Below are positions 55,579 through 64,000 of a DNA stretch of 64,000 nucleotides, one piece after another. Both the position numbers and the translations under genes were made by a program. The DNA lies in contig PLFD01000055.1 in NCBI GenBank assembly GCA_003136635.1, forward strand, positions 346 to 64,345, in the 5' to 3' direction. The DNA is from a candidate division FCPU426 bacterium (lineage in GTDB: Bacteria; Oederibacteriota; Muellerivitia; Muellerivitales; Muellerivitaceae). Numbering within the stretch: the stretch's first letter is position 1; the number at the start of each line of letters is the position of its first letter. The notes below the pieces were generated by a model. It worked only from the letters and a program-made list of their open reading frames with translations, searched no databases and was not told where the DNA came from.

Positions 55579-56283
55579 ATGAACAATGAGTATACTTTCA
55601 CTCGCAATCTTCTAAGGCGTCTGAGTTGTTTAGTGATTTTGTATTTGGGAGTTTGTGTTTTTTGTTTTGTGAATATTTCTTCTACGTTTGCCGATGTTAC
55701 TGCCGCTAGTACAATTTATCAACAAAGCTCAGCGGGTATTAACACAGTAACAGAGAAACCTGGGCAGCCATTGGCATTACCTGAAGCCATAGATAATTCA
55801 TTTCCTGGTGTTTTCTCAACTTTTTTCCACATCATTTTAAATTTAGGTTTAATTATTGGATTTATTTTTATTACTGTTTGGTGCTTGAAAATGATTTTGG
55901 AAAAGCGGGGAGTAACCAATAGTGCGGACGAAACAAAACCCATCAAAGTTTTGACTTCAACTTATTTGGCTCCACGAAAAGCGATTCATTTAGTTGAAGT
56001 GGGAAATCGTATTTTAGTGTTAGGGGTAGGCAACGATGAAATTACGCGGCTGGATGTTATTACCGATCCTGCTGAGATGGAAACTATTCGCCAGTCAACC
56101 CAAACTGGGTTTCCAAATGTTTTGGAAAGACTTATACACCGGGAGGTAACTGAAAAAACCGACGCGGAAACGCAACAAATGATTGCGGAAAGCAGTGCGT
56201 CTGTTAGTGGCTATGTTGAAAAGTTAAAACGAACTGGCCGTAAGCGAAAAGATGAAAACCAATTTCCGGAAGATCGGGCATGA
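55579..56283 (+). CDS. fliO: flagellar biosynthesis protein FliO/FliZ (long form)
   Basis: TM segment plus the LAPRKAIHLVEVGNRILVLGVGNDEITRL block. Position before fliP. Confidence 0.7.
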   Translation: MNNEYTFTRNLLRRLSCLVILYLGVCVFCFVNISSTFADVTAASTIYQQSSAGINTVTEKPGQPLALPEAIDNSFPGVFSTFFHIILNLGLIIGFIFITVWCLKMILEKRGVTNSADETKPIKVLTSTYLAPRKAIHLVEVGNRILVLGVGNDEITRLDVITDPAEMETIRQSTQTGFPNVLERLIHREVTEKTDAETQQMIAESSASVSGYVEKLKRTGRKRKDENQFPEDRA

Positions 56284-57038
56284 AAAAAAGATTATTTTCG
56301 GTTACCGCAATTTCGATATTTTTATTTTCCATCTCAGCCATTGGATCAGTGGCCGCCGATATTCCCTTTCCGATTATCCGTTTGGGGGTAGAACAGGCAA
56401 AAAATCCTCAAGATGTAGCGCTTAGCATCCAAATACTATTGGTTTTGACTGTTTTATCCTTGGCGCCGGCTATTTTGATCATGATGACGTCTTTTACTCG
56501 AATTATTATTATTTTATCTTTTTTACGACAAGGGCTTGGGACTCAACAAGTTCCCCCTAATCAAATCTTAGTAGGTTTGGCGTTATTCCTCACTTTTTTT
56601 ACAATGCAGCCGACTTTTGAGCAGATTGATAAAGACGCGTTCACGCCTTATATGGCTGGAAAAATTGGAACTACTGAAGCTTTTAAAAAAGCCGAAGACC
56701 CCATTCGGAAATTTATGTTTAAACAAGTGAATGAAAAAGATTTGGCGTTGTTTGTGGCTCTTTCCAAATCAAGCCGTCCGCGCACTCCTGCAGACATTTC
56801 AACTTGGGTATTAATTCCTTCCTTCGTCATCAGCGAGTTGAAAAAAGCCTTTGAAATGGGTTTTATTATTTTTATACCCTTTTTAATCATTGATATGGTG
56901 ACCGCTTCGGTTCTAATGTCGATGGGAATGATGATGCTTCCGCCGGTTTTGATTTCTTTGCCGTTTAAAATTTTGCTTTTCATTATGGTAGATGGTTGGA
57001 ACTTAATTGTTCGATCAATTGCCTTGAGTTTTCAATGA
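56280..57038 (+). CDS. fliP: flagellar export apparatus protein FliP
   Basis: Signal peptide and conserved FliP TM blocks (TSFTRIIIILSFLRQGLGTQQVPPNQ). Confidence 0.9.
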   Translation: MKKRLFSVTAISIFLFSISAIGSVAADIPFPIIRLGVEQAKNPQDVALSIQILLVLTVLSLAPAILIMMTSFTRIIIILSFLRQGLGTQQVPPNQILVGLALFLTFFTMQPTFEQIDKDAFTPYMAGKIGTTEAFKKAEDPIRKFMFKQVNEKDLALFVALSKSSRPRTPADISTWVLIPSFVISELKKAFEMGFIIFIPFLIIDMVTASVLMSMGMMMLPPVLISLPFKILLFIMVDGWNLIVRSIALSFQ

Positions 57039-57049
57039 TTGGAATTTAA

Positions 57050-57319
57050 ATGACAGTTGAGTTTGTAGCCGATTTAGCGAGTCGTGCTCTTTGGATCACG
57101 CTATTAGTTTCCGCTCCGATTCTGGGATTGGGACTAGCGGTCGGTGTGGCCGTCTCTATTTTTCAGGCGGTTACTCAGATCCAAGAAATGACACTTACTT
57201 TTATTCCTAAAATTATAGCCATCTTTATCGCGATCCTCATTTTCGGAAAATGGATGATGCTTATTTTGATTAATTTCACTTCGGATTTGTGGATTAATTT
57301 ACCCAATTATGTGAAGTGA
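57050..57319 (+). CDS. fliQ: flagellar export apparatus protein FliQ
   Basis: 89-aa two-TM protein containing QAVTQIQEMTLTFIPK. Confidence 0.9.
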   Translation: MTVEFVADLASRALWITLLVSAPILGLGLAVGVAVSIFQAVTQIQEMTLTFIPKIIAIFIAILIFGKWMMLILINFTSDLWINLPNYVK

Positions 57320-57326
57320 GGCGTTT

Positions 57327-58112
57327 ATGCCCACCAATCCTTTTCAATTTGATTCCTCTGAAGTTATTGCGTTTGTCCTAATTCTGGTGAGGATGGCGGG
57401 TCTTTTTTTGACGGCTCCAGTTTTTTCCAGTAAAAATATTAATGTGATGGTAAAGGCTGCCTGGATACTTTTGGTTACTTTTTTAATTTTCCCGGTGGTT
57501 GATTTTGATCCGAATACTCTTCCTGCACCGGGGTTGGGTTTGGGGCTTGCGGTTATTCGCGAAGTTTTAGTGGGATTATCAATTGGCATGGGATCCACGA
57601 TGATTTTATCAGGTGTTCAAATGGCTGGACAAATAGCAGATACACAGATGGGGTTGGGATTGGCGAATGTGATTGATCCCATGACTAATACTCAAGTTTC
57701 AGTGATGGGACAGTTTTATTATATGGTTGGTATTTTGGTTTTTCTTTCGGTAAATGGTCACCATATGTTAATTAAAGCTTTGGTTGATAGTTTTTCCGTA
57801 GTTCATTTGGGTCAGGCGCATTTCACGCCAGCGTTGGGAACTAAAATGATGGGTCTCTTTTCTCAAATGTTTTTTGTTGCTTTTAGAGTGGGCGCGCCGA
57901 TTATTGGAGCTCTTTTTATTACCAACATGGCATTGGGTGTTGTGGCCCGGACGGTGCCTCAAATGAATGTATTTATTGTGGGGATGCCGCTTAATTTGGG
58001 CGTTGGATTATTAATTGCGGCCACTTCTATGTCCTTTTTTGTTTATGTGATGCAGGGAATCATCGATGGTATGTATCGTGATATTGTGGTTTTAATTCAG
58101 GCAATGCGTTAG
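57327..58112 (+). CDS. fliR: flagellar export apparatus protein FliR
   Basis: 261-aa multi-TM protein, position between fliQ and flhB. Confidence 0.85.
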   Translation: MPTNPFQFDSSEVIAFVLILVRMAGLFLTAPVFSSKNINVMVKAAWILLVTFLIFPVVDFDPNTLPAPGLGLGLAVIREVLVGLSIGMGSTMILSGVQMAGQIADTQMGLGLANVIDPMTNTQVSVMGQFYYMVGILVFLSVNGHHMLIKALVDSFSVVHLGQAHFTPALGTKMMGLFSQMFFVAFRVGAPIIGALFITNMALGVVARTVPQMNVFIVGMPLNLGVGLLIAATSMSFFVYVMQGIIDGMYRDIVVLIQAMR

Positions 58113-58133
58113 ATATCTCGAAGAGGTTAATCT

Positions 58134-59201
58134 GTGGCCGATCCATCTAAAACTGAACAGGCAACGCCGAAACGGAAACAAGAAGCTCGCGAAAGAGGGC
58201 AGATTGCCCGGTCGGTTGAGCTTAATTCAGCGATTATTCTTTTAACTGCGCTAATTACGATTCGTTATGTGGGTCCTTATCTTTTGAATTCCATGGGTAA
58301 ATTGACAGTTTTTACTTATGAGAATTTGTCAGCCGATTTTGGCATGGAAAATGTTTATTCCTATACAATTTTTTACATGATGGAAATTTTTAAAATGGTC
58401 GCGCCAATTTTAATGATGATGTTGATAGTGGGACTTATTGTGAACTATATGCAAGTTGGGGTTTTATTCACAATTCAGCCTTTGACTCCCAAATTGAGTA
58501 AAATTAGCCCTATCGCAGGATTTCAACGTCTCTTCTCTAGACGCTCACTGATTGAATTTGTGAAATCAATGTTGAAGTTAACCGTGATTGCTTGGTTGGG
58601 TTATGAGGGAGTGAAATCGGCATTGCCTCAGCTAATTCCCGCAATGGATATGCAGGGCGCGGAAGCAATCAAGTTTGTTGGAGAACTGACATCAAATATT
58701 TTAACGCGGATTATTATTGCTTTGCTTGTTATTGCGGCGCTGGATTTTTTATATCAACGCTGGGAGCATGGTGAAAGTTTAAAAATGAGTAAACAAGAAA
58801 TAAAAGATGAGTTTCGCCAAGCTGAAGGCGATCCGATGATCAAAGCCCGAATTCGACAAATTCAACGGGAAATGGCTCGAAGGAGAATGTTTGAATCTAT
58901 TCCAAAGGCGACGGTTGTTATTACAAATCCCACACACGTAGCGGTGGCGTTGGAATATAAAGATGGAATGCAAAGTCCGGTGGTATTAGCTAAAGGTGAA
59001 AGGGTTATTGCTGAAAAAATTAAAGAGGTGGCCCGTAAGCATAATGTTCCTATAGTTGAGAATCCGCCTCTAGCTCGGACGTTACTAAAACAATGTCCGG
59101 TTGGTGCGCCGATTTCCCCTGATCTTTTTGAAGCCGTAGCCGAGGTTTTAGCTTTCGTTTATCGTATGAATAGAAAGAAGTCTGGAGCGAGTACTTCATA
59201 A
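58134..59201 (+). CDS. flhB: flagellar export switch protein FlhB
   Basis: KTEQATPKRKQEARERGQIARS N-terminus and the NPTH autocleavage site (ITNPTHVAVAL). GTG start. Confidence 0.9.
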   Translation: MADPSKTEQATPKRKQEARERGQIARSVELNSAIILLTALITIRYVGPYLLNSMGKLTVFTYENLSADFGMENVYSYTIFYMMEIFKMVAPILMMMLIVGLIVNYMQVGVLFTIQPLTPKLSKISPIAGFQRLFSRRSLIEFVKSMLKLTVIAWLGYEGVKSALPQLIPAMDMQGAEAIKFVGELTSNILTRIIIALLVIAALDFLYQRWEHGESLKMSKQEIKDEFRQAEGDPMIKARIRQIQREMARRRMFESIPKATVVITNPTHVAVALEYKDGMQSPVVLAKGERVIAEKIKEVARKHNVPIVENPPLARTLLKQCPVGAPISPDLFEAVAEVLAFVYRMNRKKSGASTS

Positions 59202-59317
59202 GCTTAATTTAAAGGCCTAAATAGTGTTTTTTTGAGTAAAAGTGTGTGTCCACTAGGAATGAATCGGACTACAATGTGGGTTCGAAAAATCGTGAAGAAA
59301 GGCTGATTTAATCCCCT

Positions 59318-61405
59318 ATGGCAGAAGCAGCGGTCTTAAAAACAATTCAAAAAAATAGCCATTTTATCGTGGCTTTTGCCGTTGCCATGATCGTGGTGAT
59401 GTTGGTAATTCCACTGCCGGCAATTATTCTGGATATCTTGATTTCATTTAATATTACTTTGGCTTTAGTTGTTGTTTTGATCACGATGTACACTTTAGAA
59501 CCTCTTCATTTTTCTATTTTTCCCACACTACTTCTTATCACAACCCTTTTTCGTCTTGCTTTGAGTATATCGGCGACTCGTCTAATTTTGCTTCACGGAA
59601 ATGAAGGTACAGCGGTAGCTGGCAAGGTGATCGAGGCCATCGGAAGCGTTGTGGTTGGCGGCAGTTATTATGTTGGAATTGTTATATTTCTTATTCTTGT
59701 CATTGTTCAATTTGTGGTTATTACCAGCGGCGCTCAGCGTGTAGCGGAAGTCGCCGCCCGCTTTACGTTGGATGCTATGCCTGGAAAACAAATGGCGATT
59801 GATGCTGATTTAAATTCTGGACTTATAACAGATGATCAAGCCCGGAAACGACGAAAAGAAGTTGAGCGTGAAGCTGATTTTTATGGAGCCATGGATGGCG
59901 CGGGCAAATTTGTTAGAGGTGACGCTATCGCAGCCATCATTATTGTGATTGTCAATGTTTTGGGAGGGTTTGCGATCGGCATTTTAAAAAATGATCTTCC
60001 GTGGCAAGAAGTTCTTCAACGATATACCCTTTTAAGCATCGGCGATGGTTTGGCTACTCAAATTCCAGCGCTACTGTTATCAACGGCAACGGGTATTGTA
60101 GTTACCCGTGCCGCTTCTGAAAGCAACCTTGGAACGGATTTGGTTAATCAATTAATTGCGCAACCGAGGGCTTTATGGGTTGCTTCGGGTGTGCTTTTTG
60201 TTTTTTCTCTTTTTCCGGGAATGCCACATTTAGCATTTATTTTTATTTCGGGTTTGACAGGAACTTTGGCTTATTTTGTGGGAAATGCTGTTAAGAAAGA
60301 AGCGGATGAAGCGGAGGTTGCCAAGAAAGCGGCTACTCCCGAAAAGAAAAAAGAACCTGAGAATGTTTCGTCACTTCTACAAGTTGATCATCTCGAGGTT
60401 GAGATTGGTTACAGCTTGATTCCGTTGGTCGACGAGGCACAGGGAGGAGATTTATTAGAACGGATTACGGGTATACGCCGCCAGATGGCCAGCGATTTGG
60501 GGTTAGTGGTACCACCCATCCGTATTCGTGACAATATGCAGTTACAACCAGCTGAGTATGTTATAAAAATTAAAGGTGTTGAATTTGCCAGATGGAAAAT
60601 TATGCCTGGACACCTTTTGGCCATGTCGACTGGGCCAAACATGCCGAAAATTCAGGGAATTGAAACAAAAGAACCAACTTTCAATTTGACAGCTTATTGG
60701 ATAACAGATGAAGAAAAAAATATGGCTGAACAAGCGGGTTATTCGGTTGTGGACGCATCAACCGTGATAGCGACTCATTTGACCGAAATTATTCGTAATC
60801 AAGCACATGAATTTTTAACTCGGCAAAGTGTATCCAAACTGCTTGAAACTGTTAAAAAAGAAACACCTGCCGTTGTCGATGAATTAATTCCGTCGCAACT
60901 TTCGATAGGGGATCTTCAAAAAATTCTTCAAAACCTTCTGAAAGAGCATCTTCCAATTCGTGATCTTGAGGGTATTTTAGAAGCGGTGGCGGATCATGTT
61001 CGTGAAACCAAAGACACACAAACGTTAACAGAATATGCCAGAAAATCATTATCTCGCTCAATAACAAAACTTCATCAATCAGCTGATGGCAAAGTTTACG
61101 CTTTGACACTTGATCCTAAATTTGAAAAAGTAATTACTGATTCAATTCAATCCACGGAAACTGGAACGGGTGGAGCAATTGACCCTAGACTTATTCAACA
61201 GATGTTTCGAAGTCTTTCTATGGGTATTGAAAAAATGGCCAGTCAGGGTAGACAGCCATTAGTTTTGTGTTCGCCAATGGTCCGACCCTACTTCAAAAAA
61301 ATGGTTGAAAGGTTTATTCCACATTTGACTGTGCTTTCATTTAGTGAACTTTTACCTCGAACTGAGATTCAATCCGTTGCAACAATTGAAAGTATCCAAT
61401 CATGA
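59318..61405 (+). CDS. flhA: flagellar export gate protein FlhA
   Basis: 695 aa with the FHIPEP-family blocks (ITSGAQRVAEVAARFTLDAMPGKQMAIDADL). Confidence 0.9.
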   Translation: MAEAAVLKTIQKNSHFIVAFAVAMIVVMLVIPLPAIILDILISFNITLALVVVLITMYTLEPLHFSIFPTLLLITTLFRLALSISATRLILLHGNEGTAVAGKVIEAIGSVVVGGSYYVGIVIFLILVIVQFVVITSGAQRVAEVAARFTLDAMPGKQMAIDADLNSGLITDDQARKRRKEVEREADFYGAMDGAGKFVRGDAIAAIIIVIVNVLGGFAIGILKNDLPWQEVLQRYTLLSIGDGLATQIPALLLSTATGIVVTRAASESNLGTDLVNQLIAQPRALWVASGVLFVFSLFPGMPHLAFIFISGLTGTLAYFVGNAVKKEADEAEVAKKAATPEKKKEPENVSSLLQVDHLEVEIGYSLIPLVDEAQGGDLLERITGIRRQMASDLGLVVPPIRIRDNMQLQPAEYVIKIKGVEFARWKIMPGHLLAMSTGPNMPKIQGIETKEPTFNLTAYWITDEEKNMAEQAGYSVVDASTVIATHLTEIIRNQAHEFLTRQSVSKLLETVKKETPAVVDELIPSQLSIGDLQKILQNLLKEHLPIRDLEGILEAVADHVRETKDTQTLTEYARKSLSRSITKLHQSADGKVYALTLDPKFEKVITDSIQSTETGTGGAIDPRLIQQMFRSLSMGIEKMASQGRQPLVLCSPMVRPYFKKMVERFIPHLTVLSFSELLPRTEIQSVATIESIQS

Positions 61406-62604
61406 GAATCAAGCGCTATGAAGCGCCGACAATTCAAGAGGCTTTGGTTAAGGTCAAAAAAGATCTGGGGCCGGAAGCAATCATCCTTTATACGAAAACT
61501 TTTAGAAAAGGCGGTGTTTTAGGTTTTTTTGGAACACCAATGGCAGAAATAACTGCGGGAATTGATTTGAATTTGTTGGATGACATGGCAAAGCGAAAAG
61601 GGTCTTCGCGCGAGTCGGCTTCCTCCCCCGAGAGAGAAGTTTTAGTTGGTAGAAGTTTAGAGGGTTCAAATCTGCTGAACACATCTTCTTTTTCTGGCTC
61701 GCTTGATTCGGCACGAGTAAGGGCGAAGACGCTTCAAAGGGAATTAAATGAAATGAAGACTTCCAGCGCTTTCCAAACTTCTCGCGGTCTCAATCCTGTT
61801 GATTCTGTGGCTTTATTATCCGAGGGTTTTGCTCGGCTAAAAAAAAAGTTGTTCAGACAAGAAGTTGAAGATTTTTTAATTCAAAAAATTATTAAAGGAA
61901 TGATTTCTGAGAAAGTCGATCCGGATAAAAACGAAGAAGTTTTTGAGTGGCTTAATAGATTTGTTTCTTCTTCCATAAAGGTTGTTCAATCTGCTCCGGC
62001 CTCAAAGTTTCAAAAAGTAATCGCTTTTGTTGGACCGACGGGGGTTGGGAAAACGACCACGATAGCGAAACTGGCCGCTCGGTTTAGTTTAATGGAGCAA
62101 AAAAGAGTCGCGATGGTGACAGCGGATACTTATCGGATAGCCGCAACAGAACAGTTAAAAACTTATGGACGAATTATGGGAATACCTGTTGAAGTTGCCG
62201 ATTCGGCTGAGGATATGATTGCGATTTTAAATAAGTATAAAAATATGGATGTGGTGTTGGTCGATACGGCTGGAAGAAGTCCATCCAGTGATGACCAATT
62301 AAAAGAACTCAAAAATTTTATCGCCAAAAGCCAGCCCGATGAGATCCATTTGGTTTTATCGGCCACGACTAAATACTTTGACATGATTCGTATTATAGAA
62401 CGATTTGGTGCTGCGGTTCCGATTAATAGGATGATATTCACAAAATTGGATGAGACGCGTTTTTATGGTGCTTTTATTAATTTGATGAACAATTTTCAAA
62501 TTCCTCTGGCTTATTACTCTGCGGGGCAAAACGTTCCGGATGATCTGGAAGTACCTGAAGTTCGTTCCTTGTCAGAGAAAATAACAAAATCGTTACTGGG
62601 ATAA
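61402..62604 (+). CDS. flhF: flagellar SRP-type GTPase FlhF
   Basis: GPTGVGKTTT, DTAGRS and TKLDET G-motifs. ATGA overlap with flhA. Confidence 0.9.
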   Translation: MRIKRYEAPTIQEALVKVKKDLGPEAIILYTKTFRKGGVLGFFGTPMAEITAGIDLNLLDDMAKRKGSSRESASSPEREVLVGRSLEGSNLLNTSSFSGSLDSARVRAKTLQRELNEMKTSSAFQTSRGLNPVDSVALLSEGFARLKKKLFRQEVEDFLIQKIIKGMISEKVDPDKNEEVFEWLNRFVSSSIKVVQSAPASKFQKVIAFVGPTGVGKTTTIAKLAARFSLMEQKRVAMVTADTYRIAATEQLKTYGRIMGIPVEVADSAEDMIAILNKYKNMDVVLVDTAGRSPSSDDQLKELKNFIAKSQPDEIHLVLSATTKYFDMIRIIERFGAAVPINRMIFTKLDETRFYGAFINLMNNFQIPLAYYSAGQNVPDDLEVPEVRSLSEKITKSLLG

Positions 62605-62610
62605 ATAATT

Positions 62611-63510
62611 TTGCAAGATCAAGCTGAAAATTTAAGACAATTAGTAGAACGGTTAAATGCTCAATTGGGAGCAGAAAAACCGATTGAGCCTCACGCAAAC
62701 TGTCGGGTTATTGCGGTTACCAGTGGTAAAGGCGGTGTAGGAAAAACGAATATTTCAGTTAATTTTGCTTTAGCGATGGCGAGCAGGGGCAAAAAAGTTC
62801 TTCTTTTTGACGCCGATATGGGCTTGGCAAATGTGGATGTTATGCTGGGAATTGTACCCCATTTTAATTTGGCGCATGTTTTAACTGGACAGAAAACACT
62901 GGCTGAAATTATTACAGACGGTCCCAATGGAATAAGGCTGGTTGCTTCAGGATCGGGTGGTGTTCGTGAATTGGCTGATTTGAACGACGAACAACGAAAC
63001 AAATTTTTAAATGCCTTGTTTGCGCTTCAAAGTCAATCAGACTTAATATTGATAGATACTGGCGCTGGACTGCACCGCAATGTGTTGGCTTTTGTTTTGG
63101 CGGCGGAAGAGGTAGTGATAGTCACGACGGCTGAACCAACTTCGCTGATGGATGCTTATGGTATGATTAAAATTCTTTATAGAGAAAAAAAGAATCCGGT
63201 TATCAGCGTCATTGTGAACATGGTATCTAATCAGGCTGAAGCGGATGAAGCGGGGAGAAAATTGACTATTTTGGCCCGGCGATTTTTAAATCTTGAAATT
63301 GACTATTTGGGTTTTGTACTAAGGGATCAAGCGATGATTCGAGCTGTAAAAGAACAAAAACCGGTTATGCTTTCCGCGCCCAATAGCCCGGCAGCGATCA
63401 GTATAAATCGATTGGCCGAGGCGATTCTATTGGGTAAATCTCAAAAAAATAATGGAAATTTAGCCAGCTTTTTCAAAAGAGTAACACAGATATTTGGGAG
63501 TACGGTATGA
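62611..63510 (+). CDS. flhG: MinD/ParA-type ATPase FlhG (FleN/YlxH)
   Basis: Deviant Walker A SGKGGVGKT and a C-terminal amphipathic LASFFKRVTQIF. TTG start. Confidence 0.85.
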   Translation: MQDQAENLRQLVERLNAQLGAEKPIEPHANCRVIAVTSGKGGVGKTNISVNFALAMASRGKKVLLFDADMGLANVDVMLGIVPHFNLAHVLTGQKTLAEIITDGPNGIRLVASGSGGVRELADLNDEQRNKFLNALFALQSQSDLILIDTGAGLHRNVLAFVLAAEEVVIVTTAEPTSLMDAYGMIKILYREKKNPVISVIVNMVSNQAEADEAGRKLTILARRFLNLEIDYLGFVLRDQAMIRAVKEQKPVMLSAPNSPAAISINRLAEAILLGKSQKNNGNLASFFKRVTQIFGSTV

Positions 63511-63896
63511 CAGTTGATCCGAAAAAAATTCAAAAGAGACGTTTTGTTCGTTTAGATGCGGTACTCTCGGCTAAATACCGTCGATACACTGGAAACCCTG
63601 TTTTTCAATCCAATTTTAATGTAGGCAAAACGATCAATCTATCTGTTGGCGGTGTCAAATTAAGCGTTAGTACGCCTATTCCTACTGGAACTAAATTGGA
63701 TATGGAACTGGAATTATCGGAATCTGTAAAATTGTATGCAGTTGGAAAAGTGATCGGTGGAGAAGAAAAGGTGATAGATGGCATTTCTCGTAGGATTGAG
63801 AAAATAAGTTTTCTTGAAGTTGACAAAGAAGATCAAGATTTAATGATGAAGTATATTTTCAATCATTTGCGAAAAGTTGTTCGAAAGAATAAATAG
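63507..63896 (+). CDS. PilZ-domain protein
   Basis: RRFVR (RxxxR) and NLSVGG (D/NxSxxG) c-di-GMP binding motifs. ATGA overlap with flhG. Confidence 0.75.
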   Translation: MTVDPKKIQKRRFVRLDAVLSAKYRRYTGNPVFQSNFNVGKTINLSVGGVKLSVSTPIPTGTKLDMELELSESVKLYAVGKVIGGEEKVIDGISRRIEKISFLEVDKEDQDLMMKYIFNHLRKVVRKNK

Positions 63897-63907
63897 TAGG
63901 AGTTTTT

Positions 63908-64000
63908 ATGGCCAAGAATAATAAGGGAAAACAGTTTTTTGAAGTCACGCGCGAGAAACCCGTGGGGAAGGGTTACGTTTTATTGATGGGCGGTTCGGTT
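63908..64000 (+). CDS. hypothetical protein, 5' part (runs off the window)
   Basis: ATG behind AGGAG. 31 codons are visible (MAKNNKGKQFFEVTREKPVGKGYVLLMGGS). Confidence 0.35.
   Translation, partial: MAKNNKGKQFFEVTREKPVGKGYVLLMGGSV

Overview
This 64-kb window comes from a moderately AT-rich, apparently diderm bacterium: it encodes outer-membrane-type beta-barrels ending in Phe, SecDF and a full flagellar basal body. I recognised no rRNA, tRNA, CRISPR array, transposase or integrase.

Layout:
- **1-4.5 kb, accessory and compositionally mosaic.** It holds a partial hypothetical gene and an AT-rich two-gene module (PIN nuclease plus a large partner that looks like an ImmA/IrrE domain without its HEXXH site). 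It also holds a PIN-gene remnant and a GC-rich AAA ATPase cassette bracketed by two diverged 221-nt direct copies of the bioF 5' end.
- **4.5-10.6 kb, an interrupted biotin cluster.** The order is bioF, an orphan VapB-like antitoxin, bioD, three envelope or unknown genes, then bioA.
- **10.9-17.3 kb, housekeeping.** rimO, pgsA, pgpA, cinA, an M24 peptidase and a SirB1-like gene.
- **17.3-32 kb, a chemosensory cluster in two units.** Each unit follows a near-identical sigma-54 promoter with an upstream dyad module. The units are mcp-cheA-cheW, and cheY-cheB-cheR followed by two cheX-like genes, two paralogous TPR proteins and an EAL/Cache-like protein. One TPR protein carries about 30 in-phase 24-nt repeats that encode a charged octad helix.
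- **32-44.2 kb, housekeeping.** A TPR-PBP transpeptidase, rmuC, two thioredoxins, secDF, yggS-proC-yggT, a PNP-mtnA-thioesterase set, and a 34-codon bS22-like gene missing from the ORF track.
- **44.6-64 kb, the flagellar region.** A small MerR-like regulator is followed by a continuous flagellar operon: flgBC-fliEFGHIJ-motAB-fliLMNOPQR-flhBAFG. It ends in a PilZ gene translationally coupled to flhG.

The strongest candidates for follow-up are the bioF-targeted cassette and its neighbouring toxin-like modules, the duplicated sigma-54/UAS modules, and the octad-repeat TPR pair tied to c-di-GMP components. All functional calls come from motif recognition by eye. No database search was run.
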